This document shows, piece after piece, positions 47,516 through 57,190 of a stretch of 64,000 nucleotides of DNA; the stretch's first letter is position 1, and each line of letters opens with the position of its first letter. Made by a program: the position numbers and the translations under genes. Origin of the DNA: an uncultured Acidobacteriota bacterium (GTDB lineage: Bacteria; Acidobacteriota; UBA6911); the NCBI GenBank assembly GCA_963843575.1, contig CAWJKZ010000013.1, forward strand, positions 352,001 through 416,000, written 5' to 3'. Under the pieces are notes generated by a model. That model was not told the DNA's origin and did no database searches. It saw only the letters and a program-made list of their open reading frames with translations.

Positions 47516-47631
47516 GTCCCACTCATCGGCTTGCCCGATCGATCTCTACAGACCGATTTTGTCTTCGGACAATTGTGTTGCACCGCGATCGCTACTGGAA
47601 ACATAATATCCGGGTCGTCTCCCTCCCAGAC

Positions 47632-47721
47632 TGGAGTGCGGCGCCTCGGCGCCGCTTTTGGTGGTTCACCGGACTGGCAAGATCGGCCACGTGGCGGCGC
47701 CTTGGCGCCGCCGCACTCCAA
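47632..47721. repeat. REP-A doublet (last copy in the window)
   Basis: TGGAGTGCGGCGCCTCGGCGCCGCTTT ... GGCGGCGCCTTGGCGCCGCCGCACTCCA. Confidence 0.92.
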
Positions 47722-47781
47722 AGCAGTTGCTAAAGCATTCGCGGCAAGTCTACGATCAGGGTATCAGGGAGGGGGCTTGGG

Positions 47782-48801
47782 ATGCTCAACTCCATGGTGA
47801 GGTTCGTCAAGAAGGACCGGCCCTCGCGCCTGGTCGCGTTCAGGACCTACCTGATCGTCCTCCTGGCAGGTACTCTTCTGCTGTTCGCCCTGAACATCGT
47901 GTCCCTGACCCGCCACCAGCAGTCCTTACAGCATTTGGCCGGAGGGGCCTCCGACACCGAGATCCTGTTCGCAGGTTTGGCCACGGGGATGTTCGTCTGC
48001 ATCATCGGCCTGGGGATCTACCTGCTGGTCCGGGTCTCCCGGGACCTGCAGTGGTTCCAGCTTCAGTCGGATTTCGTCTCCGGGGTCTCGCATGAGCTGA
48101 AAACGCCGCTGAGCCTGATCCGCCTCTACAGCGAGACCATGGCCGACGGCGACGGGGCATTCAGCCCCGAGGAGCGAAACAGCTACATTCGCATCATCGC
48201 CAGGGAGAGCGAGCGGCTGAGCCGTCTGATCGACAACGTGCTCGACTTCTCCAGGATCCGGCAGGGGCAGAAGCCCCGCATCCTCGAAGTGGGCGACCTG
48301 ACCGAGACGGTCTCGCAGACCGTTGCCGACTATTCCGAGTATCTCGCGCTGCGCGGCTTCACGGTCAAGACGGGTTTGCAGTCGAATCTGCCGGCCGTCC
48401 TTTTCAACCGCGAGCAGGTCTCGCAGGTGATATTGAATCTCATGGACAACGCCCGGAAGTACTCGGGCGAGTCGCGCCTGATCCGGATACACATGTGGCG
48501 GCAGCTGGACGACGTCGTCCTCGAGGTGCAGGATTACGGCTTCGGCATCCCCGCCGAGGAGCAGCAAAAGATATTCGAGCCGTTCTATCGTCTTCCGAGG
48601 GGCAGCGAAAAGGGCGGGTGCGGTCTCGGGCTCTACCTCGTCCACCAGGTCATGAAGGACCACGGCGGGAGAATCGAGGTCCAGAGCCAGGTGGACCATG
48701 GTACCCGGTTCAGGCTGTTTTTCCCGATCGCCGAGCCCGGTTTGGCGGAATTGCCCCAAACCTATGATCCCGGTGACCGCTCGATTGTGCAGGCCGGCTG
48801 A
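47782..48801 (+). CDS. Sensor histidine kinase with two TMs and a very short extracytoplasmic loop
   Basis: SHELKTPL H-box, NLMDNARKY, DYGFGIP, GLGL. Confidence 0.95.
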   Translation: MLNSMVRFVKKDRPSRLVAFRTYLIVLLAGTLLLFALNIVSLTRHQQSLQHLAGGASDTEILFAGLATGMFVCIIGLGIYLLVRVSRDLQWFQLQSDFVSGVSHELKTPLSLIRLYSETMADGDGAFSPEERNSYIRIIARESERLSRLIDNVLDFSRIRQGQKPRILEVGDLTETVSQTVADYSEYLALRGFTVKTGLQSNLPAVLFNREQVSQVILNLMDNARKYSGESRLIRIHMWRQLDDVVLEVQDYGFGIPAEEQQKIFEPFYRLPRGSEKGGCGLGLYLVHQVMKDHGGRIEVQSQVDHGTRFRLFFPIAEPGLAELPQTYDPGDRSIVQAG

Positions 48802-48807
48802 CAATCC

Positions 48808-49488
48808 ATGTACAAAATCCTGATCGTCGACGACCAGGCGGACCTCGTGAAGGGGTTGGAGATCAACCTCAAGAAGGAGGGCTACGGCGTCGTGAAGGCG
48901 GCGACCGGCGAGGAGGCCCTCAAGCTGGTGACGCAGGAATGTCCTCACCTGATCATCCTCGACATTATGCTCCCGGGAATCAGCGGCTTGGACGTGTGCA
49001 GGGAGCTGCGCAACCGGTCCATCGACATTCCAATTATCATGTTGACCGCGAAAGGGGATGAGATCGACCGCGTGGTCGGCCTGGAACTGGGAGCGGACGA
49101 TTACATGACCAAACCCTTCGGGCTGCGCGAGTTGCTGGCGCGCGTCCGGGTGCGACTGCGCCGCCAGCCCGGGCCGTCGGAACCGCTGGCTCACTACCGC
49201 TTCGGGCAGGTCGAAATAGACTTTGACAAGAACGAGGCGCGGGTCCACAACCGGAAGGTCGACCTGACCCAGAAAGAGTGCGACCTGATACGCTTCATGA
49301 TCCGGAATCGCGGCAACGTCCTTTCGCGCGACGTGCTCCTGAACGAGGTGTGGGGCTACGACGACTACGGGACGACCCGAACCGTCGATACCCACATCCT
49401 GAAGCTGCGCAAGAAATTGGAGGAGGATCCGGCCGATCCCAAGTTCATCCTGTCGATCTACGGAGGGGGGTACAAGTTCGTCGGATGA
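48808..49488 (+). CDS. OmpR/PhoB-family response regulator
   Basis: ILIVDD, LDIMLP, GADDYMTKPF, RTVDTHILKLRKK. Confidence 0.96.
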   Translation: MYKILIVDDQADLVKGLEINLKKEGYGVVKAATGEEALKLVTQECPHLIILDIMLPGISGLDVCRELRNRSIDIPIIMLTAKGDEIDRVVGLELGADDYMTKPFGLRELLARVRVRLRRQPGPSEPLAHYRFGQVEIDFDKNEARVHNRKVDLTQKECDLIRFMIRNRGNVLSRDVLLNEVWGYDDYGTTRTVDTHILKLRKKLEEDPADPKFILSIYGGGYKFVG

Positions 49489-50975
49489 GCGAAGCCAGGC
49501 CGAGACCGATCTGGGACCGCATCACGCTGGAGCACCTTTGGCTGGGTGTTCCCCTGTTCGTTCTGGTGGTTAAGGGATTTCTCGTCCCCCTGCCTCTGCT
49601 GGATTTCTGGTGGCACTTGAAGATGGGGGAGATCATCGTCTCCACCCACGCCATTCCCCGCACGGACATTTTTTCATTTACCGCCGCAGGCCAGCCCTAC
49701 ATCGTTCAGAACTGGCTGGCGGAGATCATCTACTACGCGACCTACCGGCTCGGCGGGTTCCCCCTGCTGGTTTTCCTGAACACGGCCCTGCTCGCGCTGG
49801 CGTTGCTCCCCGTGTATCTACTCTGCCTGGAAGTGACTGAGCGAAAGAAGGTTGCCGTCCTGGCGGCGTTTCTGGCCTCGTTTGTCTTCTTCGGCAACAT
49901 GAGGCCGCAGGTTTTTTCGTTCGTCCTGTTTGCTTGGTTTTACTGGGTGCTGGAGGGATACCGGACCGGGCGCCGCGACCGGCTGTGGGTCTTGCCGGTG
50001 CTGATGATCTTCTGGGTGAATTTGCACGGCGCCTTTGTTCTGGGGCTCGGCCTGACGGTGCTCTATCTGGTGGTCGGGATGGTCCCGAAGCTCGTTGGTG
50101 CGGGGGGCGACCGGGATCTGTCGGGGGCGCGGTTGCGCAAGCTCGGTCTTGTGCTGGCCGCGTGCCTGGCGGCGACGCTGGTCAATCCCGAGGGGTACAA
50201 GCTCTACGATTACGTGCGGGTGGTGATGACCGACCCCTCGTCGCAGCAATTTGTCGCCGAGTGGCAGCCCCCCACGGTCAATTCGGCGCAGGGCTTTTTG
50301 ACGTTTTACGGGCTGTTCTTTCTCTCGATCCTGGTATTCGTCTACGCCCGCCAAAGACCTGACCTGATGAAGCTTGCCCTGTTCTTCGTTTTTTCCTTTT
50401 TCGGCCTGATGGCGACCCGCAACACGATCTGGTTCGGCATCGTGATCCCGCCCGTCCTGGCACTTCACATGCCGGGGACGATAGGCTCGAGTGCGCCGGC
50501 GCCTCCCCGGCGGTTCAACGCGTTGGTCGCCGCGGTCGCCGCCGCGGTGCTGGTAATCTTGTCCCCGTGGGTGCGCCCGGCCCTCTATTCAACATCCCTC
50601 CTAGAACCTCAGACGCCGGTCGCGGCCATGGACTACATCGATCGGCACGACCTGCGCGGGCACATCTTCCACCCGCAAGTCTTCGGCGACTACCTCGCTT
50701 GGCGGCTGTACCCGCGTCAGAAGTCGTTCTTTGACGGGAGGGTCCACCTGTTTGGGGAATCCCTGGTCCGGGAGTACCGCAACATCTTCCACGACTCCCA
50801 CTGGGAGGAGCGCCTGCGCCCCTTTGAGATCCGCTACCTGCTGCTGAGCAAGGATCCCGGGCAGGAAGATAGCGTGAGGATGATCGGGAGCGCACGTGCG
50901 TCGAAGAACTGGACCGTGCTGTTCGAAGATAAGGTCGCCATCCTGATGGAGTGCCGCGCCTCGACGCCTTTGTGA
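49485..50975 (+). CDS. Multi-TM membrane protein, GT-C-like glycosyltransferase candidate
   Basis: DFWWHLKMG..I...IPRTDIFSFT, MRPQVFS, WVNLHG.F, NPEG, EWQPP, FFDGR; many TM segments. Confidence 0.7.
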   Translation: MSEARPRPIWDRITLEHLWLGVPLFVLVVKGFLVPLPLLDFWWHLKMGEIIVSTHAIPRTDIFSFTAAGQPYIVQNWLAEIIYYATYRLGGFPLLVFLNTALLALALLPVYLLCLEVTERKKVAVLAAFLASFVFFGNMRPQVFSFVLFAWFYWVLEGYRTGRRDRLWVLPVLMIFWVNLHGAFVLGLGLTVLYLVVGMVPKLVGAGGDRDLSGARLRKLGLVLAACLAATLVNPEGYKLYDYVRVVMTDPSSQQFVAEWQPPTVNSAQGFLTFYGLFFLSILVFVYARQRPDLMKLALFFVFSFFGLMATRNTIWFGIVIPPVLALHMPGTIGSSAPAPPRRFNALVAAVAAAVLVILSPWVRPALYSTSLLEPQTPVAAMDYIDRHDLRGHIFHPQVFGDYLAWRLYPRQKSFFDGRVHLFGESLVREYRNIFHDSHWEERLRPFEIRYLLLSKDPGQEDSVRMIGSARASKNWTVLFEDKVAILMECRASTPL

Positions 50976-51170
50976 GTTTTGGAATCGCTCCTCAGCTACC
51001 TGTAGAGCTCATGCTTTCGGTGTACAGGGACGTCTCAAGTACGGGGATCGCGATGTCCGGCGCGATTGGTCGGCAGAGATTATGGAATCCTGCTTCTCCT
51101 GCCCCCTGATGGCATTTTAGATCACTAGACAATTGCTAGGATGAAGGTTCGTTGCCGTCTCCCGCCAAAA

Positions 51171-53573
51171 CTACTGACTGGGATTGATCAAGCGGGTGAA
51201 CCCGGTGATGTTGACGTCGCGAAACATCGGGGTGCGCGGCGGCAGCAGGGTGGGTTGCAGGAACTCCACGTCGAAGTTGTAGCCTCGCGAGGGTGGCGAG
51301 TAGACATTGGTGCAGCACTTGTAGACTCCGACCGCCTGGCGATTGAAGTAGAGGCTGATAATCGATCCCCGGTAGTTCAGAGTCTGCCCTCCCCAGTTTT
51401 CGAGCAGCCGGACGAAGTTATGCACGCCACCGTCGGTTCCGAAATCCTGAGGGGTTCCGGCGGGTTGTGGAAATGGCCTCCCCGTTCCGGCAATCAGCGC
51501 CGTCCTGTACCAGGTTGTCGTGGCGGTCCGCGCGGTGCCGCCCCCGACGTTGTGCGGGGAAGTGAATGAGTTGCGGTCGTTCCAGTTCCTCGACAGCAGG
51601 GTGACGGCGTCCGCGATCACGGAACACGCGACGTGGTTGCCATCGAAGGTGTTTGGCGCGTTGTAGTTGCCCTGCACGTACACGGGATTTTCAGACACGA
51701 TCGCCAGACCGAGCGGCGTATTGTCGACGGTGCCGAGGTCGATGGCTTGACCGTTGACGAGCTTCAGCGCTCTCCGGAAGAAGACCGGCCGATTCACCCT
51801 TGCGACGTTTGCCGCGACCGCGGTCCAGGGACGGGCTGTGTTGTCCAGCGGCGCCGCTCCCGTCTGGCGGGGAACCTCCCCGTAGGTGTCGAGCCCGCCG
51901 TTGCCGTTGACATCCTCTGCCTGCTCCATGGACCCGTCCGGAGTGCCATTGACGCTGCCGGGATTCACGAAGTCTTCAAAGCCATACTCGCCGGTTTCCG
52001 TATTCATTGCATCGCGATTTGTGCGCCGATCCGAGAAGTAGACCACGTATCCCGTAACGTTGATAGCCGCGCTGCCGCTCGCCCCGATGGCGCCGCGGAA
52101 CCAGCGGGAGAGATTGTTTACATCGAGCTCGACGTAGTGCATGACGCCGCCGAGGTACACCGTAGCCTGGCCGGTCGGGATGTTGTCGCGCAGAGCCCCC
52201 TCACGCGTGTCGTACAGCACGTTGGGCCAGTATTGGGTGCCCACTCCGCTGCTGCAGGCCGCCGGTGCATCTCTCAAACGCTGAACACGAATGATCGAAT
52301 CCGGCGGATTCAGGCAGTTCCCCGTCAGGTCCTGGCCGGCGACGCCGCGCCCGAGGATCTCTGTGGTCACGTCCTGCCAGTTCCCGCCCTGGTCCTGCAT
52401 CTCGATCTTGATGAAGCCATCGATCAGGTTGGTGCCGTTGGGCGTCCGATACCCCTCGCCGGCATTGCCCGAGGAAAGGGCGAAAGGCCTGCCGTCGGGC
52501 GCGACTCCTGCCAACTGGACGGGGGCCGACGCCGTGACCGTAGGTAACGCCGTGATCTCGGGGGCAGTGTCCGACAGGAGAATGCGGAGGCTGGCCATCC
52601 CGAAATATCGCTGCCCGAACACGTCAGGGTTTGCGACATTCTCTCCGATGCCGGGTCGGCGGATCAGGTCAATCGGCGTCGCACCCTGGCTCGCGAGTGG
52701 AAGGTCCATCCGGCGTGCTCCGGTGCGCCCATTCCGGATGTTGCCGTTGTAGGTCCCTATCGACAGATTTGTCCACGTCGGTTCGTTTGAGGCTGTCCCG
52801 ATTGCGCCGACGAGGCTCCCTTCGGAGGCCCTGAGAGCTCTGAAGGCCCCAGGCACGGTGGTTACATTGACGGTGCCGGTGTAGTTCGAGCTCGTTGGCC
52901 AGCCGTTGACGAGATTGGTCCGAATGACCTCACCGACGGCGGTGACCCGATTCGCAAGCGTAAGCGTGCTGCCGGAGCCTTCTGCCAGGTAGAGATTGCC
53001 GTTGGTGTGAACGCGGCCTCCAAAGTTGAAATCCGGACCCGCGTGGAAATTCAGGTCGTTCTGCGAAAAAATCCCGAACTGAAAAACAGGCACCGCGACT
53101 GTCTGCAGGGTCCTGCGCATCCTCACTTCGCTGCCGGTGGCCGTCTGAGCCGTGGCCGTCATGGAATAGGCAGTGATCAAGCCTACCAGCCCCTCGTAGG
53201 GACCAGACGGAACCGTGCGGGTATCGGCTCTGGGCTTGCCGCGGGCATCGAGCGGAAACGTGATCTGATACCCCGAACCGCCGCCGGGCGATACGTACGA
53301 GATGCCCTCGAGGGATGGCGGGCGGGCAGTCAGGGCGTTGATCTGGGCGGTCGTGGGGGCATAATTCGTCTCGAACAGGGTACCCAGATCGGCAGTCAGC
53401 TTTTCCAGACCTGCGAGCGTTGCATAGAATGCGCGCTTTTGATCGCGGTCGAGGCCGATAAGCCCCTGGTCGGAATTGACGGTCAGGATGAAGCCGGTAA
53501 GCAGGGAAGAGAGCAGCACCAGGATCAACAGGGTGGTGATTAGCGCAATCCCACGTTCATTTCCTGTTTTCAT
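51171..53573 (-). CDS. PilX-like prepilin with a large C-terminal domain
   Basis: NERG|IALITTLLIL class III signal without Glu5; AFYATLAG, GRVHTNGNL, DGGVHNF.RLLENW. Confidence 0.85.
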   Translation of the reverse strand: MKTGNERGIALITTLLILVLLSSLLTGFILTVNSDQGLIGLDRDQKRAFYATLAGLEKLTADLGTLFETNYAPTTAQINALTARPPSLEGISYVSPGGGSGYQITFPLDARGKPRADTRTVPSGPYEGLVGLITAYSMTATAQTATGSEVRMRRTLQTVAVPVFQFGIFSQNDLNFHAGPDFNFGGRVHTNGNLYLAEGSGSTLTLANRVTAVGEVIRTNLVNGWPTSSNYTGTVNVTTVPGAFRALRASEGSLVGAIGTASNEPTWTNLSIGTYNGNIRNGRTGARRMDLPLASQGATPIDLIRRPGIGENVANPDVFGQRYFGMASLRILLSDTAPEITALPTVTASAPVQLAGVAPDGRPFALSSGNAGEGYRTPNGTNLIDGFIKIEMQDQGGNWQDVTTEILGRGVAGQDLTGNCLNPPDSIIRVQRLRDAPAACSSGVGTQYWPNVLYDTREGALRDNIPTGQATVYLGGVMHYVELDVNNLSRWFRGAIGASGSAAINVTGYVVYFSDRRTNRDAMNTETGEYGFEDFVNPGSVNGTPDGSMEQAEDVNGNGGLDTYGEVPRQTGAAPLDNTARPWTAVAANVARVNRPVFFRRALKLVNGQAIDLGTVDNTPLGLAIVSENPVYVQGNYNAPNTFDGNHVACSVIADAVTLLSRNWNDRNSFTSPHNVGGGTARTATTTWYRTALIAGTGRPFPQPAGTPQDFGTDGGVHNFVRLLENWGGQTLNYRGSIISLYFNRQAVGVYKCCTNVYSPPSRGYNFDVEFLQPTLLPPRTPMFRDVNITGFTRLINPSQ

Positions 53574-53585
53574 TCCATCGTCCTA

Positions 53586-54593
53586 TCAGCGATAACGGTC
53601 AATAAAGGACAGGCTGCGCAGGCTGACCTGAGTTGTCAGGTTGTGCCGCAGGTATTCGTCGGTGTTCCGGATTTTCAAGCTGGACCGGCCGGCCAGGAAG
53701 ATGCTGGCCTTGCGGATCTGATTGGGGGAATTCGGTGCGACGGGAGTTTTTATGTTCGTCGGGTTCGTAACTCCATCGACCAGGTCATAGGACAGCTGCA
53801 TATCTTCCAGGACCAGCGCGACCGCTGCTCCGGTCCTGTAGTTCACCCGGCGGATCAGGCGAGGCATCGCGGGGTCTGTAGTGGTATCTAGGTAATAGGT
53901 GATCATCCAGACCCGCGTGGCAGTCGTGGGCGGAAACACCCCGGCGCTCTTGAGCTGCGAGATCGACCCCTGGGGTGCCGCGGGCTGATTGAGATGCACA
54001 GGATCGCCGGCGTCGAAATAGATCGTCTGGCCATCCACCCGGGAGACGTATTGCAGTGTGTTGCCGAGCGCATTGCTGAAGGCGATCAGATCGCCGGGGC
54101 TGATGGGATTGCTGATGTTGGTAATCGGCGTGCCGGCGTTCACCCTGGCGCTGGATCCGTCCGCCGCAATTGAATCGAGCGGTGTCTGATTCAGGAGCAG
54201 CAGGTTGTCGGCATAGAGGATGTTGACGATGTCGGTAGCCCGGCCATTGCCTGCGGGGCCCAAACCTGCGCCGGGATTCACCGCAGATACCGTAACCGCG
54301 GGGGCGAACGTGTAACTCCTGCCCGGAGGGCTTGGCCTGTTGACTGGAGCGGCACCCGCGCCGGAGGGGATAGGCAGGCCGCCGGTCGGGATTCCCCCCC
54401 CGGCATTGATGAAGTCTTGGCCGAGAAAATTCATTCCGGCCCGCAGGTTTTGTTCCAGGTCTGCGATGATGCTCGATTTCTCATGCAAACCGAGCGCGTC
54501 GTGAAATGCGCTCATCGTCGCAGCCGTGAGGACGAGCATAATCACCATCGCGATCATAGATTCTGCGAGACTGAATCCCTTTTCACTTCTCAT
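53586..54593 (-). CDS. PilW-like minor pilin
   Basis: EKG|FSLAESMIAM N-methylation motif; QNLRAGMNFL..D...AG. Confidence 0.85.
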   Translation of the reverse strand: MRSEKGFSLAESMIAMVIMLVLTAATMSAFHDALGLHEKSSIIADLEQNLRAGMNFLGQDFINAGGGIPTGGLPIPSGAGAAPVNRPSPPGRSYTFAPAVTVSAVNPGAGLGPAGNGRATDIVNILYADNLLLLNQTPLDSIAADGSSARVNAGTPITNISNPISPGDLIAFSNALGNTLQYVSRVDGQTIYFDAGDPVHLNQPAAPQGSISQLKSAGVFPPTTATRVWMITYYLDTTTDPAMPRLIRRVNYRTGAAVALVLEDMQLSYDLVDGVTNPTNIKTPVAPNSPNQIRKASIFLAGRSSLKIRNTDEYLRHNLTTQVSLRSLSFIDRYR

Positions 54594-54642
54594 CACAGGG
54601 TCTCCGGTGCCGGGAGCCTCCTTCCCGACCTGTCCTGGAACT

Positions 54643-55197
54643 TCAGGCAAACGAGGAGAGATAGGCGACCAACTGGTACTGGCGATTCAAGCTGCCGATC
54701 CTGTAGCGCACGATGACTCGAATCTCGCGCAGATTCGGAGCAAGATCGGTGATCTGGATCTCGCGGGTAAAAACGTCCATGGGACGAACGATGTCATCGC
54801 CGGTGCCCAACACACCGTCCGGTCCTGCCAGAGTCTCGTTTTCAAGCGCGCCGTCGTCTGCCGTGTTTACAAGTCCGTCTGTACCCACGGCGCGCAGCGA
54901 TTTGGGCCCGTCCAGAAACACGCCCCCGGCAGAGGCGTTTCTGATCTGAGCCCAGGTGATGATCCGCGTGTCGCGCGAGGTGAACACGCTCTCGATGGCC
55001 TCCGATGCTTTTTCCTTTGCGACCTGGTGGTAGTGGGAGGTGGACATCAACACCATGCCCTGGGAGAATGCACTGGCCAATGCCAGCAATCCACCCCCAA
55101 GGATGATGATGGAAATCATGGTTTCCAGCAGGGTGAGCCCGGACTGATCCCGGGACGTTGCGCACACGCTGTTGGGCTCGATCGTTATTGGATCCAT
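54643..55197 (-). CDS. PilV-like minor pilin
   Basis: QSG|LTLLETMISIIIL motif. Confidence 0.83.
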   Translation of the reverse strand: MDPITIEPNSVCATSRDQSGLTLLETMISIIILGGGLLALASAFSQGMVLMSTSHYHQVAKEKASEAIESVFTSRDTRIITWAQIRNASAGGVFLDGPKSLRAVGTDGLVNTADDGALENETLAGPDGVLGTGDDIVRPMDVFTREIQITDLAPNLREIRVIVRYRIGSLNRQYQLVAYLSSFA

Positions 55198-55742
55198 AGA
55201 CTCCCCGTCCACCGGTAACCTCGAACGCGTCCGGTCGCTCCTAGGATGGTGGCTACCCGGGCCGTAATAGGCCGGTCCAGTCCCAAGAACACCGACCCGT
55301 TCACAGGATTCCCCTGCGCGTCGACCAGTGTCCCGTCGCTCAAAAACATGATTGTTCCGGCAGTCCCGAAAGCCACTGCCGTCCCGTTGCCGAAGGAGTC
55401 GGGAGAGTCGGGCACACCGTCCATTAACCGGAATTGGACGTTGCCCCCGAGCGTGACGGTGCTCAATACGGTTGTCCCGGCGGGTACATCGTTCCGGACG
55501 AGTTGAATCTGATTGTTATTCGGGAATCTCAACTGGATGCTCCGCCTCTGGACAATCGCCAACTCTCTGCCTCTGCGCAGTTGCGCCACCGTCTGAGTCA
55601 GAGCCGTGTTGGAGTTCATCCCTCGTGTTATTCCGGTGATGTCCGGCAGTGCGATCGCGGCAATCACGGAAAACACGACAAGTACAATCAGGGCTTCAAC
55701 TATTGAAAACCCGTCCTGATTGCCCTCTCGACACGGAAGCAT
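55185..55742 (-). CDS. FimT/GspH-like pseudopilin
   Basis: AGGAG RBS; QDG|FSIVEALIVL, LRRGRELAI, ILGATGRVR. Confidence 0.87.
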   Translation of the reverse strand: MLPCREGNQDGFSIVEALIVLVVFSVIAAIALPDITGITRGMNSNTALTQTVAQLRRGRELAIVQRRSIQLRFPNNNQIQLVRNDVPAGTTVLSTVTLGGNVQFRLMDGVPDSPDSFGNGTAVAFGTAGTIMFLSDGTLVDAQGNPVNGSVFLGLDRPITARVATILGATGRVRGYRWTGSLWIQ

Positions 55743-55803
55743 GCTTTGTCTCCTGCGTTTGGTAACCCTGCCCCGGGGTGTGTCAGGTCAATACCAGAGC
55801 TAC

Positions 55804-55840
55804 GACACCTGTAAGACGGCGAGCGGGTCTTTATGCTTAC
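55804..55840 (-). promoter_or_regulatory. Putative ECF sigma promoter of the minor-pilin operon
   Basis: Minus strand GTAAGCA...TCGCCGTCTTACAGGTGTC; GTAAG-N17-CGTC. Confidence 0.75.
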
Positions 55841-56032
55841 GCCATCTGCGTGATCTGTGATGCAGGACACATTAAGCGCGGGGATTGCGGGTATCTCTCG
55901 TGGCCGAATGGCAGGAGCTCGCCAGAGCGCGCCCGGAACTGCCGTGGTGTGGTGTCGTGCCTCCGCTTAAGACTATTGTTAATATTGTCTTGGTCGGCTC
56001 TCCCGATCGCGTTACCATCAGCGCCATCCCTT

Positions 56033-56635
56033 ATGGATAGCGACAGCGCTTCGAATGCCCGCGCTCTCCCGAGCGCTGGGAAAAAGAAGGGCAATCCACC
56101 CCCGCCCGCAGACGGCGGAGACTGCGTCCTGCGCGAAGCTGCCCAACGCGATCTGCTGCAGCTCTACGACGAGAACTTCCCCGGGTTGTTCCGATACGCT
56201 AACGCACTCACCAGGGACAGGGAGCAATCCAAGGATGCCGTACAGGAGGCTTTCCTGCGCTATTATGCTTCGCGCGTGGCCGGCGCTGACATCCTGAACG
56301 GGAAGGCGTGGCTCTACACGGTGCTGCGCAATTACGTGATGGACAGATTCCGGGAATCCGGTACATTCAAGGAGGTCGGGATAGATGCGCTGCGGGACCT
56401 CCCTGATGAAAGCCAGAGCGTGCAGACAGGCTTGAGAAGCGCGAGATCTCCCGGCGCGCCACTGCAATCGCTCAGCCCCAGGGAACTGGACTGCCTCAGG
56501 CTCCGCGCCGAGGGATTAAGATATCGCGAGATCGGCGATGTTTTGGGCATCACGTCGGGGACGGTCAGTGCCCTCCTGGTGCGCGCGGCGAAGAAGCTGC
56601 GCAGCGCTGTAGATGCGGAAAAGAGGAGCAAGTGA
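56033..56635 (+). CDS. ECF sigma-70 factor
   Basis: LFRYA, DAVQEAFLR, AWLYTVLRN, LSPRELDCLRLRAEGLRYREIGDVLGI. Confidence 0.92.
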   Translation: MDSDSASNARALPSAGKKKGNPPPPADGGDCVLREAAQRDLLQLYDENFPGLFRYANALTRDREQSKDAVQEAFLRYYASRVAGADILNGKAWLYTVLRNYVMDRFRESGTFKEVGIDALRDLPDESQSVQTGLRSARSPGAPLQSLSPRELDCLRLRAEGLRYREIGDVLGITSGTVSALLVRAAKKLRSAVDAEKRSK

Positions 56636-57186
56636 TGTCGAACCTCATTCCACCGAACCTGCGTTGGCTGGGGTTGCACCCCGGGGCCGACGAGCTCCTG
56701 GCGTTCCTCGACGGCGAGCTCGACGAACCGGCCGCGGGACAGGTCCGCCAGCACCTTGCGAAATGCGCTCGATGTCGGCAGAAGTCGTCCAACACGGAAG
56801 CGGTACTGAGCGAAATACGCGAGATCGTTTCGGCGCCCCTGCCGGGGGACCTTCCTGTCCGCGAGGCGTTTGCCGACCTGCAGAGCGCCATTCAAACGTG
56901 GCACCTGGAGCGCAGCGCACGGGGCGCGGCCGGCGTGCCTCTGGCTCAGACAGATCTCGGCAAGCAGTTGTCTGCCGTCCTCGAGGTGTATCTCGGGTCG
57001 CGCGCCACCCGGGCACTGCTTGAAAACGCCGGGCGCGACGAGTATGCGGACGAGAGGCTGATGACCGCGATGGCGCCGATGCTGCGCACCTTCCTCGGAA
57101 GAGAAAGTGCGGACGCGCTAGAAATGAAGATGCGAGCGATCCTCAGCCGCGAACGTAAAATGCGAGCATCGAAGCCGATCGGATAA
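56632..57186 (+). CDS. Zinc-binding (zf-HC2/ZAS) anti-sigma candidate, apparently soluble
   Basis: H....LLAFLDGEL....HLAKCARC; no TM segment; GTGA overlap with the sigma gene. Confidence 0.88.
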   Translation: MMSNLIPPNLRWLGLHPGADELLAFLDGELDEPAAGQVRQHLAKCARCRQKSSNTEAVLSEIREIVSAPLPGDLPVREAFADLQSAIQTWHLERSARGAAGVPLAQTDLGKQLSAVLEVYLGSRATRALLENAGRDEYADERLMTAMAPMLRTFLGRESADALEMKMRAILSRERKMRASKPIG

Positions 57187-57190
57187 GCAC

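Noticed and set aside
1893-47721. Repeats as a CRISPR array or integron attC sites
   Set aside because: They are dispersed rather than regularly spaced, there are no cas or intI genes, and no consistent RYYYAAC/GTTRRRY ends.
56425-56465. Odd segment GLRSARSPGAP in the ECF sigma
   Set aside because: An alternative frame reads LEKREISRRA, suggesting two compensating indels, probably sequencing error rather than a novel insertion.
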